64,000 bases of DNA, from IMG/VR virus record IMGVR_UViG_3300022555_000009, one strand, 5' to 3'. The DNA comes from a virus. Of the stretch, positions 9,801 through 19,107 are shown in pieces. The notes below the pieces were generated by a model. The model was not told the origin of the DNA and ran no database searches. It was given only the letters and a program-made list of their open reading frames with translations. A program made the translations under genes and the position numbers. Numbering within the stretch: the stretch's first letter is position 1; each line of letters begins with the position of its first letter.

Positions 9801-12764
9801 GGAACAGGGACGGGAGTCTTATACGTAGGAGCTACTGCAGGAACAATAGATACTACTGGAGGAGCAAGCACCGCGTACCTGTTTAATACTAACGCCACGA
9901 CAATCAATGCTTTCGGCGCAACCACGACTCTTCAAGCAGGTACATCTGCCCAAGGCTTCGGGTATACTGGAACAACGACAAACATAGCGAATTCCACAAC
10001 TGCCCAAATAATCAATATTGGAACAGGTGCCACAACTTCTACATCTGTGAAAGAAATAAACATTGGCACTAACACCGGCGCCAATGCCTTTACGAATGTT
10101 ACCATTGGAAGTTCCACCGGTACAACCACAATAACTTTTAACGGGCCTACTTCTTTCACTAACACAAATAGTATTTATATAATCAGCCCTGTAACAGGGG
10201 GCAATGGAGTCACAGGAGTTGCTAACTCTTTCGGTACCCTTCACATAACTCCTTACGCCTACCTTAAGGTTATAAATAGCACAGGAACAAATACAAACGT
10301 CGCTAAGTTCAATCTATCTACCTTGCCAACTGATGGCTGGTCCATAGGAACTACGGATAGTACGGGAACCAACGCAAGAACTTTATCCCTGACAACAGGA
10401 CACATAGCTCTCACAGGCAACGCTTCTACGTTCATAACCTCAGCGACGGGAACAGTAGGTTCTATTACTACTCTCGACACTGCTATCTGGTCCGCTATAG
10501 TATCTGGCTTATCAAGCACAGCAGGAGTTGTCGTAGGATCTACTATTTCGGCAACAACAGGAGCAGGAACCTTATACGGCGGCTCTCCTACCTCTGTAAC
10601 GGTTATAAGTTTTACATCAAACACTATTACCTACAGAGTTGTCGGTGGCACTATTCCTACAGCAGGTTCTGTAACTAATATTACTGTTTCTGGATCTACG
10701 CTAGTTCTTCCCACAGGATCATTGACTCTACCGGCTCTTGCTGCAATCGGAGATATCCCTTATGCTTCGTCAACAACTGTTCTAAGTAAAATAACTGCTG
10801 TCGCAGTTGGTAACGCCTTTATTTCCCGCGGAGTCGGCACTGTCCCTGCATGGAGTAAAATCGGTCTAGATACATCAGGAACAGAAAGCGTCAAGCATGT
10901 CGATGGAGTCTTGCAGATTGTAAATGGCGGCTTAGGATTATCCTCAACTGTAGCCAACACCGTTTATAAAACTAATGCAGGCAATACTGCTTTTGTAGCA
11001 TCTAATATAACAGACGACGGCAATATACACTTCAATAGCGTTTCTCTAGATACTATAAAGTCTGTGACGATTCCTTATGTTTCTGGTGTAACTAATCAAA
11101 TCAATATTACCAACACGGACACCATTAATAACACCACTGCTATTAATATCAGTAAAACGAATTCGCCAGGTGGTGCGTACAATGTTTATGGTTTGCAGGT
11201 TGCTCTCAATACAACAGGCGGTACAAACGCTTACGGAACTTACTATAACGTCATTGGTACAGTAACTAACAAGTATGCTATATACATTGCGGCAGGTTTA
11301 ATCAATTCGGCTGACGCAACGGAAGCTAGTCAAGGCGCAGGATCGCTGATCCTAGCTGGCGGTATGTACATCGTTAAGAAAGCATATTGTGACGGCGGCG
11401 TATATCTACTAAACAATGCCGCGTACTACACAGCATTGGTTGGAGCCTCTGGAGCTTCCGGTCAATCTACAATAACTCTTAACGCCAATAGTGGAAGCAG
11501 AACAATTTCTCTATCAGGAAGCTTAACGGTAGGCACCGGCGGAATCACATTAACTCCTAATGCGGCAGGGACCACATTAAGTATTACTAATACTGCGTTG
11601 ACTTTCAATTCTACTTTAGGTAACACAGGAGTTCTCATTGCTTCTTCCGCAAATACTATAGACACAGAAGCTCAACTATCGATAACTCGAGGCGGAACAG
11701 GCACAAGCACTTTCACGGGAACCGGTAAAAATGTATTCGACAATGGCCCTATATTGATTACTCCCACTCTCGGGGTTGCATCCGCAACCTCTATCAACGG
11801 ATTAACTATATCATCATCTACAGGAACCTTGACGATAACAAATCTTAAAACACTCTCTGTAAGTAATACGCTTACTCTAGCTGGAACTGATGGTAAAGCA
11901 GCAACATTCAATGATAACTTTACCACAGGAACTTTAACTAGCGGCTATGTCATATACGCTTCAGCAGCGAATACAATTGCATCGGAAGCGATTTTATCTA
12001 CTTCTCGGGGTGGAACTGGAAACGGATTTACTAAATTCTCTGGTCCTGCGTCAGCAGAAAAAACAAAAACTTTGAGAGACGCCTCTGATACTATTCTTGA
12101 ATTGGGAGGCTCTTATACCCCAACAGGAACTTGGAATTGGGGCAGTGCCACTATTTCAAACCTAACAGCTAGTGCTGTCGGCGCGGCCAATATCACAGGA
12201 ACAACCTTGTCCTCAACGGTTACGTCGTCTAGCTTGACGTCCTTTGGAGCTTCAATTGCTCTAGGCACTCCAGCTTCGGGCACTCTAACTAACTGCTCAT
12301 TCCCAACATTAAATCAAAGCACTACAGGTCAGGCAGGCAGCGTGGCTAATAACTTGAATTTTACCAATACCTTTTCCTCCGGAGGAACAACTGCTTACAA
12401 TGGTGCTGCAGTTCGAACAATATATGTTCCAGGACAAAACTTAGAGACAGGGGCTACGGTGACATTCTCTACAGTTACCGCCGCTTCCTTCAACTCAACT
12501 TCCTTGAGGGCATTGAAGAAAAATATCAATGATTTTACTCAGTCCTCCTTAGATATTATTGACACAGTGAAGGTAGTGTCCTTCAATATGAAAGACGACG
12601 ATGTCTATCACGTAGGCTTTATCGCTGACGATACACATGAGTACTTAGCAACTAGGGATCACAACAAGATGGATTTGGGAAACTCAGTAGGTTTGTTGAT
12701 AAAAGGTATGCAAGAGCTTAGGGAAGAAAATAGAAAATTAAAGTCACTATTAGGAGTGGTGTAA
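6888..12764 (+). CDS. Long tail fibre (1958 aa) with C-terminal S74-like chaperone
   Basis: Thr/Gly/Ser-rich fibre repeats (GGTG, GGVGV); C-terminal SLRALKKNI...VGFIADD...LIKGMQEL. Confidence 0.85.
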   Translation: MAYVPENQDVWLDTNRAHMRYRLGSTNYGITPNVWYTVCSKAGSSVAAGDILSVIDQGWATSLGSSTYAGQVLQTDNTVIGATIGVALHAATAGQPVEVQTSGMYTWPSGKDTDLGTSDIGKVVYVLNNTSTTSTILGLTTDRNIAGAVGAPIILGKIIACTPSMAGPLTIILDPTGDSRAASSLSQAIYIAGEAITITAAQGFPVVSEDATDGKIYVADRRKSPMSFFVSATGTVGTISGGGPWTATVSGLTNVTNISIGATLSATAGVGTLYGGSPTSVAVTGFTSTSITYQVTGGTTPTAGSITNLTATDYKNRHRVVGFCIANSTVPQTTYPITITAGQQVVVERLGPITLGTGITLTSGKQLYVDTLGAVVQDDSTFSATDWRLIVGIATSPLGTATTNPGTALVQIAPPATPLPDAVPVGTVQAIGNYGWAYDYGFYPCITNGSGGLVVTGSGANQAGQLSAYNPATVVTAPTSNPAANGTFDFTTLYQAINTTYGGYTVWYVAGAGTASGTVKINGVTYTMAGTENSTSLVAARIQSQMASTQAGYVCYNPSTFYVAISNDSSHAPPLIDASGLVNYTVNATTASTNGGANAGVSNICSTFSLPSLYTVNPHIQIKYKNWQYLPLSNGAQLIKTTPVDWTPWSSNPGLNWTNTSLQNILTNTTWANTPPNGIEDLVFSLYVRSNATPSKVWKIEPLPSSHYSGGETLYGYQCYIDTSTQYLYINFMPGGLAIFDTPGSGPTVIPTNSTWSWKFVVQKTDRFNRFIDYSSDDKNLQAWKVLYGDSSSYSINYDPLTAVTAGRFNRQVSTAPLIGNTTRLNYEGDLYVTDLVVTNNVTNTGVANVSGKADGSGYNRIRGSLNLRNTADGADVIYTDNTGNLTMVGTLTVGASGNSYIRTAQAAGSLFDTVATTINIGGVVASTTLNLLGSTATGVVNVNSTLDASSTIAAGFVVKGGVGVAGKMYVGTGTGVLYVGATAGTIDTTGGASTAYLFNTNATTINAFGATTTLQAGTSAQGFGYTGTTTNIANSTTAQIINIGTGATTSTSVKEINIGTNTGANAFTNVTIGSSTGTTTITFNGPTSFTNTNSIYIISPVTGGNGVTGVANSFGTLHITPYAYLKVINSTGTNTNVAKFNLSTLPTDGWSIGTTDSTGTNARTLSLTTGHIALTGNASTFITSATGTVGSITTLDTAIWSAIVSGLSSTAGVVVGSTISATTGAGTLYGGSPTSVTVISFTSNTITYRVVGGTIPTAGSVTNITVSGSTLVLPTGSLTLPALAAIGDIPYASSTTVLSKITAVAVGNAFISRGVGTVPAWSKIGLDTSGTESVKHVDGVLQIVNGGLGLSSTVANTVYKTNAGNTAFVASNITDDGNIHFNSVSLDTIKSVTIPYVSGVTNQINITNTDTINNTTAINISKTNSPGGAYNVYGLQVALNTTGGTNAYGTYYNVIGTVTNKYAIYIAAGLINSADATEASQGAGSLILAGGMYIVKKAYCDGGVYLLNNAAYYTALVGASGASGQSTITLNANSGSRTISLSGSLTVGTGGITLTPNAAGTTLSITNTALTFNSTLGNTGVLIASSANTIDTEAQLSITRGGTGTSTFTGTGKNVFDNGPILITPTLGVASATSINGLTISSSTGTLTITNLKTLSVSNTLTLAGTDGKAATFNDNFTTGTLTSGYVIYASAANTIASEAILSTSRGGTGNGFTKFSGPASAEKTKTLRDASDTILELGGSYTPTGTWNWGSATISNLTASAVGAANITGTTLSSTVTSSSLTSFGASIALGTPASGTLTNCSFPTLNQSTTGQAGSVANNLNFTNTFSSGGTTAYNGAAVRTIYVPGQNLETGATVTFSTVTAASFNSTSLRALKKNINDFTQSSLDIIDTVKVVSFNMKDDDVYHVGFIADDTHEYLATRDHNKMDLGNSVGLLIKGMQELREENRKLKSLLGVV

Positions 12765-13889
12765 ATGTCAGAAGGATTTAAGACATATATATCAGGTTCT
12801 TACTGGGTATTAAGTACAGTATTTGAGCCTAAGAATGCAGACGCCACTACACCAAACTCCACTATTGGTAATCATTTTATGGATGGAGGATCCCCTATAT
12901 ACAACCTCTATTTAGCAAGGAATACAGCATCAGTAGGCGATAGTGTGGGTCTGGTTCAAGCAGCTAATGTAGGGTTCACTTATCAAGGCACTGATATTTC
13001 CGCTTATTTTCAAAAAGTGGGGTATGGCCCCGGAACCACCATTGTTCATCAAGCTACCTCTGCTGGTTCCACCGTCTATTCCTGTCCCGGGCCCGGGCCC
13101 GGAACAAATAAAAAAGTTCGCCATGCCTTTTTCATTGCGGGTGGAGGAGGTGGAGGTGGGGCAGGTGGTGATAATGCTGGAACCTATGGAGGTGGAGGTG
13201 GAGGTGGAGGTGGGGCTGCGGGATATTATAATTCTGGTGTAGTTGACTTACCCAGCGGTAGTATTAGTATTACTGTAGGTGCTGCCGGTACTGGGGGGAC
13301 CACGCCCTCAGCAACGGGGGTAGCTGGGGGGTATTCAGCTATAGAAGGATACTATAATGTAAATGGGGGAACTGGAGGCGTGGGAGGCTATAGTGGACTT
13401 CCGGGTAGTGGGGGATATGGTGGAGTTGGAGGGTTTGGTGGTGGTCTAGGAAATTACATTGCATATGATACCTCACAATCTAGGGCTGTTCAAGGACAAC
13501 CATCCTCTACAACTAATACAGCAACAATAACTGTAAGGAACTCAGCTACCATTACCAATACCTCTGGGGTTGGAGGACTTGGAGGCCAGAATGGAAGAGG
13601 AACCATTGTTATAATACAAGAGTCTGAGGCTTATAGAACTCCGGGGGGAGGAGGGGGGGGAGGAGGGGGAGGATGCCTTGTTGGCTCAAACTCTGGTGGT
13701 GCTGGTGGGGCTGGGGGTAATGATAGATTTAATGGGCCGTGGGGGTCATCCACAGGAGGAGCAGGAGGTACACCTACTAACTTTGGAGGAGGTGGAGGAG
13801 GTGGAGGGGGTGCAGGAGATGATCCTTCTCGTCGATATGGTGGTAATGGCGGGAATGGATATTGTGGATGTGTATACATATATTACTAA
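12765..13889 (+). CDS. Glycine-rich tail-fibre tip/adhesin-like protein
   Basis: Poly-Gly runs, ISITVGAAGTGG and GGNGGNGYCGCVYIYY typical of glycine-rich phage fibre domains; directly follows the long fibre. Confidence 0.65.
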   Translation: MSEGFKTYISGSYWVLSTVFEPKNADATTPNSTIGNHFMDGGSPIYNLYLARNTASVGDSVGLVQAANVGFTYQGTDISAYFQKVGYGPGTTIVHQATSAGSTVYSCPGPGPGTNKKVRHAFFIAGGGGGGGAGGDNAGTYGGGGGGGGGAAGYYNSGVVDLPSGSISITVGAAGTGGTTPSATGVAGGYSAIEGYYNVNGGTGGVGGYSGLPGSGGYGGVGGFGGGLGNYIAYDTSQSRAVQGQPSSTTNTATITVRNSATITNTSGVGGLGGQNGRGTIVIIQESEAYRTPGGGGGGGGGGCLVGSNSGGAGGAGGNDRFNGPWGSSTGGAGGTPTNFGGGGGGGGGAGDDPSRRYGGNGGNGYCGCVYIYY

Positions 13890-13910
13890 CTAAAAATAGG
13901 AGAGAATAAA

Positions 13911-14324
13911 TTGGCATTATTGGCGTATAGTTTTGATACAGGCTATGCAGAAAAACTTGATAATATCTATCTAAAGATAGTTAATATCTCTTTTAACTCA
14001 TATAATACCCAAGTTCTTATTGATATGCAAGCTTGGCTAACTAAAGAATCTAGAGAACAGGCTAAAAAAGTTGATGAAATAGAACTAAGATTAAAGTTAG
14101 GAAAAAAAGAAAATCAGACAGACGAAGAATGGATAGAATTTGAGAACAATGCAAAGATAATGTATAGGCCTCAACCACTAGCTACTTGGCAGACGGGGTG
14201 TAGAGCGGTAGATATAGATGTACACTCTATTGATTTACTTGATCCTAACAGTATGTTAAGTTCTGCTTATCAATATTTAAAAGATAATTTCAAACCTGAG
14301 ATACATAATTTTAAGGATGTTTAA
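13911..14324 (+). CDS. Small hypothetical protein, possible fibre assembly factor
   Basis: AGGAG RBS, TTG start, C-terminal AYQYLK motif; position after fibre genes. Confidence 0.4.
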   Translation: MALLAYSFDTGYAEKLDNIYLKIVNISFNSYNTQVLIDMQAWLTKESREQAKKVDEIELRLKLGKKENQTDEEWIEFENNAKIMYRPQPLATWQTGCRAVDIDVHSIDLLDPNSMLSSAYQYLKDNFKPEIHNFKDV

Positions 14325-15046
14325 TGTCTATTTCCATTATAATTCCCTGTTATAATCAAAGTGAGTTTTTATTAGAAGCAATAAATAGTTGTATTAATCA
14401 ATCTAAGAAAGCTGATGAAATCATTGTTTTATTAATGGACAAAAGAAGTTGGGAATTAAAGGAATATCTGGAATCACTTAACATAATATGTATAGTAAGC
14501 CCTCAATTATCTCTTACTAAGGCAAGAAATATGCTTATTGCAAATACAAAATCTACATATATCATACCATTAGATGCTGATGATTATCTTCCTTTGAATT
14601 TCATTGAGGAGACATCTAAAATAGATAGTGACATTGTCTATGTGGATAGCAGGGTGCTAGGTAATGGTATGGATATAATCACTAGGACTCCTGATATTGT
14701 TCAAAAAAGGCATTTTACTTCAAAGCATCCATTAATACGAACTACAGCACTTTTTAAGAAAACTGTATGGTTTGATATCGGTGGTTATAATGAAGATTTT
14801 ACTTATGGACACGAATGCTGGGAATTTTGGTATAGAGCATTTTTTCTAGGAAAATCTTTTAAAAAATGCCATACTACTTATTATATATATAAACAATATC
14901 CTACTAACGGAAGAGCTTATATCGCTCGTGATAATTTTCAGATAATAAGAAAACAATTAAAAGAATTGTATCCCGGAGATTTTGAAGTGATCAGCCGTAG
15001 AAATATCCCACCAAAAGAAAGAAAGAATTTCGCGAATCTAAAGTAA
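14324..15046 (+). CDS. Glycosyltransferase family 2 (GT-A fold)
   Basis: ISIIIPCYN, ARN, LDADD (DxD), GGYNEDF, ECWEFW. Confidence 0.9.
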   Translation: MSISIIIPCYNQSEFLLEAINSCINQSKKADEIIVLLMDKRSWELKEYLESLNIICIVSPQLSLTKARNMLIANTKSTYIIPLDADDYLPLNFIEETSKIDSDIVYVDSRVLGNGMDIITRTPDIVQKRHFTSKHPLIRTTALFKKTVWFDIGGYNEDFTYGHECWEFWYRAFFLGKSFKKCHTTYYIYKQYPTNGRAYIARDNFQIIRKQLKELYPGDFEVISRRNIPPKERKNFANLK

Positions 15047-15060
15047 GCAGTATACATAGG

Positions 15061-15067
15061 ACTAATT
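15061..15067 (+). promoter_or_regulatory. ACTAATT putative phage late promoter
   Basis: Recurring motif just upstream of gene starts. Confidence 0.6.
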
Positions 15068-15089
15068 TCTAATAGAGAGGAATACTCCA

Positions 15090-15788
15090 TTGGATTTTAT
15101 AGGCCTCACCTTTTTTATACCTTCCACCTTGTTAGTTATATGGGGAACCTTTATAGCTACCAAGTATTACCTGTCGGAGAAGACGCGATTTGAAGACTAT
15201 TATCTTCTCCTGGCGATAGCGAGTTTTTTTGGCAAATTTTTACTGCAATCTTTCATCCTAGTAACTAATAATTTAAGTCCCAGCCTCGTTTTCATGGTCC
15301 AGGCTTTACAAACTTGGACCTATTGGTTTTTGTTGATCTTCCTATTCAAAAGAAATTTTTTCGAAGCCAAATTAAAAAGAGTCTTATGGATTCTTTTGAC
15401 CTTGATTATAGTGATAGGTAGCACCATCCTCATAGCCAGCAGTTCTTTCCAAATAGATCCCGTCGTATACGTAGCGAAGTATCCAACTCTAATGAAGATG
15501 GACTATCTCTTAGATGATAGCTTTGTTAATACAACTCAGTACTTAAGAGTATTCATGCTAGGCCTTTGCGTGTGGTTCTCTTGGAGACTACTGAAAAAGC
15601 CATCCTGGATGTTTTTCGGCGCCTCCTTTCTTTTTCTAGTTGAACTTTTTACATTCTATAATAATCTACCCTGGAAATTTCTTCCTTCATGCTTTATATT
15701 CAGAATAATCCAAGTATTTGAATTAATTTCTATCATATGCATATCTTTAGATATGAAGTTATATTTTGGTAAAAGAGATTCTAAATGA
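15090..15788 (+). CDS. Polytopic membrane protein (~7 TM)
   Basis: About seven hydrophobic segments by inspection; GAGAGG RBS, TTG start. Confidence 0.6.
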   Translation: MDFIGLTFFIPSTLLVIWGTFIATKYYLSEKTRFEDYYLLLAIASFFGKFLLQSFILVTNNLSPSLVFMVQALQTWTYWFLLIFLFKRNFFEAKLKRVLWILLTLIIVIGSTILIASSSFQIDPVVYVAKYPTLMKMDYLLDDSFVNTTQYLRVFMLGLCVWFSWRLLKKPSWMFFGASFLFLVELFTFYNNLPWKFLPSCFIFRIIQVFELISIICISLDMKLYFGKRDSK

Positions 15789-16813
15789 CTGAAGCTCCTG
15801 CTAGTGCAGTAACGCCTGCTGTCGTGTCTTTATTACACGACATAATCAGCAAACCTTTTTGGGAATCCGCTGTGCTGATAGTCCTAGCAGGTCTTGTGAC
15901 ATTTTTTGTTGTAGGCGGTCTTGCGTTCGCCCTATCGCGAATTCGAGGGGAGGTAGATATAGATTTCTTATCTTTGTTCCGTATAGGTAAGAAAAGAGAA
16001 GAACTAACTTCTAGAAATGATATCAATATCGTAGTAAATAATACCCCACCCTCAACTTCCGCTGAATTCGTTAAAGAGGAGAATAAGCTTTTGAATGAAA
16101 TGATAGGGGCAGAAGACATGGTTGAAAAAGATGAGATTATCGCGGAGAAAACTCCTGGTGATCCCGATAACGTCTTGCTTATGGTTATTAGCAAGAGCGT
16201 TAGATTCGGATCGGATATCTCCAAATACAAAGAAGTGTACTTAATAAAATCTCAGATGGCTGCTGCGGAGTTGAGGTCGAATATTATTGAAAATATTCTT
16301 ATAAAAGATTACATGGAGGTAATATATAAGAAAAATTCAAAAATCAACATTCAAGATGACCAGTCCTATCGAATCTTTGAAGAGATAGTCCATAACCAGG
16401 CCCATAGAAATATCTTAGCAGTCTTGCGTAGATTGTTCAAAGACAATCATTTAACTCAATACGACGAAGAAGGCTTCAATGAGTACTCAAGTGTACAATG
16501 CGAAAGAATAATAACGCAAATGAAGTTATCTATAAATGGGTCTATTCCTAGTTTTCTTGATCCGGGTCGAGAAGCAGTAAATATAATCCTTGATCGCTCG
16601 AATCAAGCGCTCTTAGAAACCTTCAAAGATATTTTTTCTGAAGCCCGTGTTTTAGCTTTCAGAACAGAGTCAGTTATACGTAAAAAAGAAAAAGACTTCG
16701 ACGATGAGATAAAGAAGCTCACGGGAATTTCAGAAGCTCATAAAAGGGCTGATATCGCTTCTGAAGATCCCTATGCTATAAACTATAAAACAAGGGAATT
16801 AAAATATGAGTGA
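15785..16813 (+). CDS. Single-pass membrane protein with helical soluble domain
   Basis: N-terminal TM (AVLIVLAGLVTFFVVGGLAFAL); start overlaps the upstream stop. Confidence 0.55.
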   Translation: MTEAPASAVTPAVVSLLHDIISKPFWESAVLIVLAGLVTFFVVGGLAFALSRIRGEVDIDFLSLFRIGKKREELTSRNDINIVVNNTPPSTSAEFVKEENKLLNEMIGAEDMVEKDEIIAEKTPGDPDNVLLMVISKSVRFGSDISKYKEVYLIKSQMAAAELRSNIIENILIKDYMEVIYKKNSKINIQDDQSYRIFEEIVHNQAHRNILAVLRRLFKDNHLTQYDEEGFNEYSSVQCERIITQMKLSINGSIPSFLDPGREAVNIILDRSNQALLETFKDIFSEARVLAFRTESVIRKKEKDFDDEIKKLTGISEAHKRADIASEDPYAINYKTRELKYE

Positions 16814-17102
16814 TACTACTGTAGTAAATACAAGCGTTACTGTAAATACAAAGCCTTTGGGATTCTTTAGAGACCCCTCAGGAGACTTGAGTTCAGGAAG
16901 GCTTGTAAAGATAGGCTCTTTTTTCGCAGCCATTGTTATTGGCTTAGCAGGATTAGGTGTATTAAGTTACGCCGCAATCTATCCTGCGGCAACAGTTAAC
17001 GCAGCCTTGACACCACTTTCCAGCTACTGCTTAGGAATTGCTGGAATGTTTTTAGGCGTCGCCGGCGGATCTGAGATCGTACAGAAAGTTACTAAAAGTT
17101 AA
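16806..17102 (+). CDS. Putative holin (2 TM)
   Basis: 98 aa, FFRDPSGDLSSGRL followed by two TM helices and a basic tail. Confidence 0.5.
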   Translation: MSDTTVVNTSVTVNTKPLGFFRDPSGDLSSGRLVKIGSFFAAIVIGLAGLGVLSYAAIYPAATVNAALTPLSSYCLGIAGMFLGVAGGSEIVQKVTKS

Positions 17103-17121
17103 GTCCCACTGGAGGACACAC

Positions 17122-17128
17122 ACTAATT
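17122..17128 (+). promoter_or_regulatory. ACTAATT putative late promoter
   Basis: Intergenic, upstream of strong RBS AAGGAG. Confidence 0.6.
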
Positions 17129-17171
17129 ATAGAGTTAGGAGCCTCATAGAGGTAAATACAAAGGAGATCAT

Positions 17172-19028
17172 ATGGCAACTATTAAGAAATCCCTGAAGAA
17201 GGGCGGCGAGGCTCGTTGGACGTTCCGAGGAGCTCAGTCGGGAGATTTTTTCACAATTCCAAACGGATTCCGAGTCGCTACCGACGGCGTTGTTTTAGAG
17301 AACAATACAACCGTTCCAGTAGAAGGAACCATTTCTATCGGTAAGGGCAGCGTTCCTATTTTTGGAGCTTATGCCTTCACACTCAGCACTCTTACGACTG
17401 CTACCACAGGTACTATTACTGCTGGTGGTGCGTTGAGCTTCACCACAGCTCTGACTGCTGCTCAGGTTACCGCAGTTAACGCTCTCGGTAACACAGCGGC
17501 TGGATTAGCTCTCTTCGCATCTTCTCTTGTAGGTAATATCAATGCAACAGCGGCAGGAGCGGCTGCAGCAGCAGCAGCAACTACCAATCCTGGATACCTA
17601 TCCCCTTGGACAGTATCTTCTTCTGGTGCAGTTATTACCTTCGTGGCCCCTGTTCCAGGCACTGTCAACACAGCACCTACCTTCACGGGCTCAGCTGGTG
17701 TAACAATCAGTGCAGCTGTTAACACGGCAGTTGGAGCAAACGACGTTTCTGTTCTATCTGGTTACTCTGTAGCCTCCTTGGCCCCAGGAGCAATAACTCA
17801 GGTTACTTTGCCTGCGCCTATCTACAACGACGTGGCTACCGGTGGAAGACTTAATACTGTTTTCACAGGTACAACTTCAGGCTCTGCGGGATCATATGTT
17901 CTCTGTGGAAAGACAGTAAGTATTCCAACATCTACCACGGCCCTTCAAACCGGAGTCGTACTAGGCGGACGTTCTATTTATGTCTCTACGATATCTGGTT
18001 ACGTAGGTACAGCAGGTATCACTGTTAACGGCGTCGCTGTTACGGCTCTTGCTTCTTCTCTCGCCGGTATCGTTAACGGCATCGCAAATACTAACGTTCC
18101 AGGATGGACTATATTCTCTGACGGCGCAACAATCTTTACAATGATTGCTAACTTGCCCGGTCCGACATCAATGCCTGTTATAGTGACTGCAGGTCAGTTC
18201 ACTAACACACCATCTACCCAGACTGTGGGCTTCAATCTTCCTGGTTATATCGCTGACACTTCTACTCCGATCGCAACTACAATTACTTTAAACGGTAACG
18301 CTGGTGCATTAGCTTCTGCTGTAATCGGTGGAAATTATGTCGCAGCTCCTTATCTCGCTGCATTGACTTATACTCCTACTATAATGGCCCCCGTCTTTGC
18401 TGGATGTGCGTGGTACCAGGGAGTTATGACTGGTGCGCCAACTGCAACTACTCAGATAGTTATTGATGGTGTTTCTTCGATCGCTTGTGGTGCAACTTCT
18501 CTAGCTTCCCTGATGACTGCCATGGCTGGTCTATCAGGCGTTAACTGGATTATCACAAACGTAGCAGGCGGCTCCTTCCTGATGGTTAACACCGTCCCAG
18601 GATATCACGCTCCTCCTGTGATTTCTTTCACCAACAACAACAACGCTGCTGTGGGTACTATTACTTCTGGTCCAGGATTTACTCTTTCTGGCTACACCCA
18701 GACTTACACGGCAACGACCGCAGTGTTTACTTCTCAGGCTACTACTTATGCGCCTGGAATGTCTTTCTACCCCGTGGTAGCTCCTACTACTCAGACTTGG
18801 ATTAAGAATGCGGCTTACAGCGGCTCTACTGGTGGCGTTATTGTATCTAACGATATTGTAAACACCGTGGGCTACTCGGCTCCAACTCTCACAGTAGGAA
18901 GTACAATCGGTACTCAGACCTATGTGAATACCCTCACTTCAACTGATACTCCTTACTTCTTTACCTTCTCTCGTTCTGAGATGCATGGTAAGACCAATGT
19001 GTCAGTTCTTCTAAAGAAGTGGTCGTAA
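17172..19028 (+). CDS. Ala/Thr/Gly-rich virion structural (decoration/fibre-like) protein
   Basis: Composition; own promoter motif, strong RBS and terminator. Confidence 0.5.
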   Translation: MATIKKSLKKGGEARWTFRGAQSGDFFTIPNGFRVATDGVVLENNTTVPVEGTISIGKGSVPIFGAYAFTLSTLTTATTGTITAGGALSFTTALTAAQVTAVNALGNTAAGLALFASSLVGNINATAAGAAAAAAATTNPGYLSPWTVSSSGAVITFVAPVPGTVNTAPTFTGSAGVTISAAVNTAVGANDVSVLSGYSVASLAPGAITQVTLPAPIYNDVATGGRLNTVFTGTTSGSAGSYVLCGKTVSIPTSTTALQTGVVLGGRSIYVSTISGYVGTAGITVNGVAVTALASSLAGIVNGIANTNVPGWTIFSDGATIFTMIANLPGPTSMPVIVTAGQFTNTPSTQTVGFNLPGYIADTSTPIATTITLNGNAGALASAVIGGNYVAAPYLAALTYTPTIMAPVFAGCAWYQGVMTGAPTATTQIVIDGVSSIACGATSLASLMTAMAGLSGVNWIITNVAGGSFLMVNTVPGYHAPPVISFTNNNNAAVGTITSGPGFTLSGYTQTYTATTAVFTSQATTYAPGMSFYPVVAPTTQTWIKNAAYSGSTGGVIVSNDIVNTVGYSAPTLTVGSTIGTQTYVNTLTSTDTPYFFTFSRSEMHGKTNVSVLLKKWS

Positions 19029-19050
19029 TTTAAACGAATTTTCGAAAAAT

Positions 19051-19076
19051 AAAGGAGGCTGAAAAGCCTCCTTTTT
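19051..19076 (+). terminator. Intrinsic terminator
   Basis: AAAGGAGGCT-GAAA-AGCCTCCTTTTT. Confidence 0.85.
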
Positions 19077-19107
19077 AATTTAATTAGAGATGTACTAATT
19101 TGGAACG

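Noticed and set aside
13631-13879. Poly-proline ORF on the minus strand
   Set aside because: Antisense shadow of Gly codons
6888-13889. Diversity-generating retroelement acting on fibre genes
   Set aside because: No reverse transcriptase seen, and the repeats differ at all bases rather than only at adenines
15090-15788. Rhodopsin
   Set aside because: No retinal-binding Lys within the last helix
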